Positions 60,756 through 64,000 of a stretch of 64,000 nt of DNA are shown piece by piece; position 1 is the stretch's first letter, and every line of letters begins with the position of its first letter. The position numbers and the translations under genes are program-made. Source of the stretch: Bacillota bacterium (GTDB taxonomy: Bacteria > Bacillota > Clostridia > Christensenellales > Aristaeellaceae); contig JAEZJP010000206.1 of assembly GCA_023415715.1 (NCBI GenBank), positions 16,949 through 80,948 on the forward strand, given 5' to 3'. Below the pieces are notes generated by a model. That model made no database searches and was not told the origin of the DNA. It saw only the letters and a list, made by a program, of their open reading frames with translations.

Positions 60756-62504
60756 CTATTCGTCTTTTTCCACGAAGCTTGCCATTACATAGCCTTCCAT
60801 CGCATCTGTCTTTACCTTGAGCCAGCCATCGGGCAGTTCTTCCAGCACCAGCAGCTTTTGCCCGTAATACAAAAGACGTACGACCGGTCCCGTAAGGCTT
60901 GGCTCACCGCGCAGATTCAGCGAGGAGTTTTCAGCGATCAGCGTCACCTTCGCCCGCCATTGACCCGGGGCAGGCGTCTGGGTAAGGGGCATCAGCGTGG
61001 GCCTGGGCGTAGGCGTTGCCGGCGGCCCAGGTGTTGCCAGGAAGGCAGCGTCAATGGGCGGTAGAGGTGTCGCCTGGGATGTCATTTTCACAAGCTTCAT
61101 TCCTGGAAAGTAAAACTCCAGAATCTGCGCGAACGTAACGTTATCCTTAAGCGCCATCCACTCCGCGCCCCGCTGGCTGAGGCCCACGCCATGGCCATAC
61201 CGCCGCGATTCAATAACAAAGCTGTTTTCCGTTTCCCTGACTGTCACGATTTCATTGTTGTCACCGTTGATGGAAAGATTCAGCGCCGTTTCCACATCGG
61301 GAAAAATGTTAAGTTCAACGGTAAGCGCCTGCGGTACCGGCTGCATGGCCGTCCACTGAGGCGCCACGGGCGTTGCTGTGGGAGCCGGCGTTTGCGTCTG
61401 TACTGAAAAGTAGGATTCTTCCTCCGGCTGGGAGGGTGATATAGGTTTTCTGGCTTCCGCCCGCACATCAAAGCGGAGCATGGTCATAACCTTGGAAGGC
61501 TCGGGAAACCTTGGCGTATGCGCCGTAATGCCATTGATGGCCGTAACGCGGATATTGCCCAGATCGCCGTCATACCCAAGCGCCGCAAGCTGATTAGACA
61601 GCGCATTTTTTAAAAGCACTATCAGAGGATCATTCGCCGCCGTGTTTGCGGTGGATCGTGGTACGGTAAAGCTTTTTATAATGCTTAAGGGATTTCCCAA
61701 GTCGTAGGGATCATCCTTCATCACGCTGACGTCCTGTTCGCTGCCACCCCATACGTTACGCATAAGCTCCGTCTGGCCGCCGTTGCTGGCCGAGTAATAA
61801 CACTCTGCCAGACCACCGTTGTAAAAGCCTACAACGCCTTCGGTCTCCCGTACGGCCTGGACGGCCTGCACATTGCCCGGCAGCATTCCCTTGAATACCT
61901 GGTCGTTGGTGTTGTCCACTACGTCGTAGTCCTGCGCGCTGCCCGTTCTTTTCAGCGCATAGGTGCGGGCAGTGACTGCCTGGGCTTTCAGCGCTTCCAA
62001 TGGAAACGAATCACTCATTTCATAGGGAACCACGCCCAGAAGGTACTCCTCCATGGGAATGTGCAGCACGGCCCGCAGCATCCCATCCCGGATGGACACC
62101 GACAAATCGCCAGTATACAGGCTGTAGTCACCATTAAGCCTAAGGCCGTTCTCTTCGCCACTTAACACGGCATGCCTTTTCAGAGTTAGCTGCTGCCCGG
62201 CATTCATGGCCATGCCCTCGTAGTATAGCATCAATGTGCCTTGCATACTGGAGATGGTGATCTTTGATCCACGCTGAAAACTAAGCCCGCCGGGCTCCAA
62301 GGAATAGCTGCCATCCAGCGCAGCGTCTAGCCTGTCGGTTAGCGCAAGCCTTGTTAAAAGCACGCGCACCAGGCCGTTTTCAGCCTGAGCAAAGGCGGTG
62401 GTAACCGGGGCATGCAGCGCTTGCGGCAGCACAAAAGACAGGAGCAGCATGAATACAAGTGTCAGCACCCTTGCCCTTTTACGACTTCCATGTTCGTTCC
62501 GCAT
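60756..62504 (-). CDS. SpoIID/LytB-domain protein with C-terminal SH3b domain
   Basis: EEYLLGVVPYEMSDSFPLEALKAQAVTARTYAL ... CYYSASNGGQTE ... GHGVGLSQRGAEWMA. C-terminus LNLRGEPSLTGPVVRLLYYGQKLLVLEELPDGWLKVK. Signal peptide present. Confidence 0.85.
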   Translation of the reverse strand: MRNEHGSRKRARVLTLVFMLLLSFVLPQALHAPVTTAFAQAENGLVRVLLTRLALTDRLDAALDGSYSLEPGGLSFQRGSKITISSMQGTLMLYYEGMAMNAGQQLTLKRHAVLSGEENGLRLNGDYSLYTGDLSVSIRDGMLRAVLHIPMEEYLLGVVPYEMSDSFPLEALKAQAVTARTYALKRTGSAQDYDVVDNTNDQVFKGMLPGNVQAVQAVRETEGVVGFYNGGLAECYYSASNGGQTELMRNVWGGSEQDVSVMKDDPYDLGNPLSIIKSFTVPRSTANTAANDPLIVLLKNALSNQLAALGYDGDLGNIRVTAINGITAHTPRFPEPSKVMTMLRFDVRAEARKPISPSQPEEESYFSVQTQTPAPTATPVAPQWTAMQPVPQALTVELNIFPDVETALNLSINGDNNEIVTVRETENSFVIESRRYGHGVGLSQRGAEWMALKDNVTFAQILEFYFPGMKLVKMTSQATPLPPIDAAFLATPGPPATPTPRPTLMPLTQTPAPGQWRAKVTLIAENSSLNLRGEPSLTGPVVRLLYYGQKLLVLEELPDGWLKVKTDAMEGYVMASFVEKDE

Positions 62505-62658
62505 TACGCTTTACCCTCCCCATCCGCCTTTCTTACATTAAATATTCAACGTGTTACAAAAGCAAATTACTCACCGATATTAAGTAACAGATTTTAGGTC
62601 TATGATATATATTACCATTATACACCAAAAAACGTCTTGACGGGAATGCGGCAGGCAA

Positions 62659-64000
62659 TTATTCTGCCTGTCTTCCCGTCCAATATTCCACAAAAGCATC
62701 CAGGCTTCGGACGGCGGAGCGGATATCCCCATAGACGGGCAGGCCGTTCTCCTCCAGGTACTGCACAAAAGGCAAAAAGTGTTTGCCGGCGTTGACTGAA
62801 ACGACAACAGGCTTGTGATGCCGCTTCACCGTTTTTATAAGCAGCGGCCCGATGGCATCCTCATCCATGAAGCTATCCTGCAGCGTTTTGAGGTTTTCAA
62901 TATGAGGTACAATGGCCACAAACATGCAGTCCACACCCGGATCGGATAGTACGGCATCGATGTACGCGGCATAGCCCACGTCGTCGGTCATTGGCGTCAG
63001 GTCCAGAAAGGCAGTCCCGGCGCTTACCAGGCCGTGGGTATTCAGTTCCCGTATCCGCGAGGCGGTTTCCGGCGCGAATTCAGCAGGCTTCAAATACCGC
63101 AAAAGATCCGCGCCCATAGTAGCGTCCAGGCCGGCGTTGACCACCCCGGCCACACGGCAGCCGCATGGCTTACGGCCGGAAAGCATTGCAAATGCTTTTG
63201 TGAAATGATAAAAATCGTCCAATTCCTCTGTCAGCACACAATCAGCCTGAAGGCAGGCGGCCTTGAACACATCATAGCTGCCGGAGATGGAAGCGGTATG
63301 GGAGGCGGCTGCCTTGGCCCCTGCCTCCGTGCGGCCTGATTTATATACGATTACAGGCTTTTGGGAGCGCCTCGCAAGGTCGAAAAACCTACGTCCTTCC
63401 CCCGCGCCCACGCCTTCCAGGTAAAGGGCCATCACTTCCACCGCACTGTCCGCTTCAAAATACTCCATCAGGTCCGGCAGGTTAACATCCACCTTGTTGC
63501 CAAAGCTGACAATGGTGCTGAATATGGCAGCGTAAGGATTCCGTTCCACGCTGGTGATACCCATGGCGCCGCTTTGGGTCAGCAGCGCCACATTGCTCTT
63601 TTCTCCAAGCGGGATGCGCATGCGCTTTTCGTCAATGAACAGCGTGTTGACGCCCATATCTCCATCCCGCGGCGCCCGGAAAACGCCCATGCAGTTGGGT
63701 CCGATCACGCGCACGCCCGGCCGCCTTGCTTCACTCATGCCCATGACAAAATCCTCATACCGCATTTCCGCAGGGATGCCGGAGATGAGGATTACCGATT
63801 TCCCGGGCGGCACCTGCCGTACAAAATCCAGGGAATACTGGCCCGGCGCGGCATACACTACCAAATCGTAAGGGCTCGGAATATCGTCAAGGCTCTTGTA
63901 CAGAGGATAGGTGCGCCCCTGTATGACGGCTTCGCCGCCTTTGGGGTTCAGGCAGTACACATCGAACCTGTTAAGTTCCGCAAACAAGGTCACGATATTC
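62659..64000 (-). CDS. ADP-forming acyl-CoA synthetase / CoA-binding protein (5' end beyond window)
   Basis: ORF 62659..63993 remains open to the window edge. Contains VYCLNPKGGEAVIQGRTYPLYKSLDDIPSPYDLVVYAAP (CoA-binding) and VRVIGPNCMGV (succinyl-CoA-synthetase-like). Confidence 0.8.
   Translation of the reverse strand, partial: NIVTLFAELNRFDVYCLNPKGGEAVIQGRTYPLYKSLDDIPSPYDLVVYAAPGQYSLDFVRQVPPGKSVILISGIPAEMRYEDFVMGMSEARRPGVRVIGPNCMGVFRAPRDGDMGVNTLFIDEKRMRIPLGEKSNVALLTQSGAMGITSVERNPYAAIFSTIVSFGNKVDVNLPDLMEYFEADSAVEVMALYLEGVGAGEGRRFFDLARRSQKPVIVYKSGRTEAGAKAAASHTASISGSYDVFKAACLQADCVLTEELDDFYHFTKAFAMLSGRKPCGCRVAGVVNAGLDATMGADLLRYLKPAEFAPETASRIRELNTHGLVSAGTAFLDLTPMTDDVGYAAYIDAVLSDPGVDCMFVAIVPHIENLKTLQDSFMDEDAIGPLLIKTVKRHHKPVVVSVNAGKHFLPFVQYLEENGLPVYGDIRSAVRSLDAFVEYWTGRQAE

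Overview
This looks like a chromosome segment from a Clostridia-type spore-former. All functional calls below come from reading motifs and patterns by eye; no database search, folding or statistics were run. Contents from left to right: (1) The end of a minus-strand envelope-polysaccharide operon: Wzz-like protein, secreted protein, LCP family protein, and a LoaP-like NusG paralog with its own promoter and leader. (2) tRNA-Arg(CCG), followed by a 9.3-kb island with no integrase. The island is bounded by a decayed direct copy of the tRNA 3' end. Its only gene encodes a 2,898-aa repeat-rich surface protein with an internal tandem duplication of period 1,281 bp and a 1-nt frameshift that cuts off the last Ig-like domain. 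(3) A DUF4065/Panacea-type antitoxin gene followed by a small two-TM protein gene. (4) A CUT1-type sugar ABC importer: binding protein plus two permeases, no ATPase. (5) Two CotF-type spore-coat genes. (6) A complete-looking 40.6-kb siphovirus-type prophage (18080-58679) integrated into tRNA-Arg(ACG) with perfect 47-bp att repeats. It carries an integrase, a divergent-promoter immunity switch with three TCAACACA operators, an early region with a SNF2-helicase/DNA-methyltransferase fusion, a nucleotidyltransferase / radical-SAM-like DUF5131 / MazG cluster, a HUH Rep-like nuclease and a sigma-like late regulator. The late region has HNH, TerS, TerL, an HK97-type head module, a tail module with a -1 frameshift chaperone, a lysis cassette, and a BspA-type LRR cargo gene next to attR. 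(7) An ArsR/MFS operon, a SpoIID/LytB-SH3 protein, and a partial ADP-forming acyl-CoA synthetase. The points most worth follow-up are a family of about 50-nt double-hairpin repeat units found only inside the prophage, the DUF4065 plus membrane-protein pair, an opposite-strand membrane protein with its own promoter in the phage early operon, the phage nucleotide-chemistry cluster, and the tRNA-bounded giant adhesin island.
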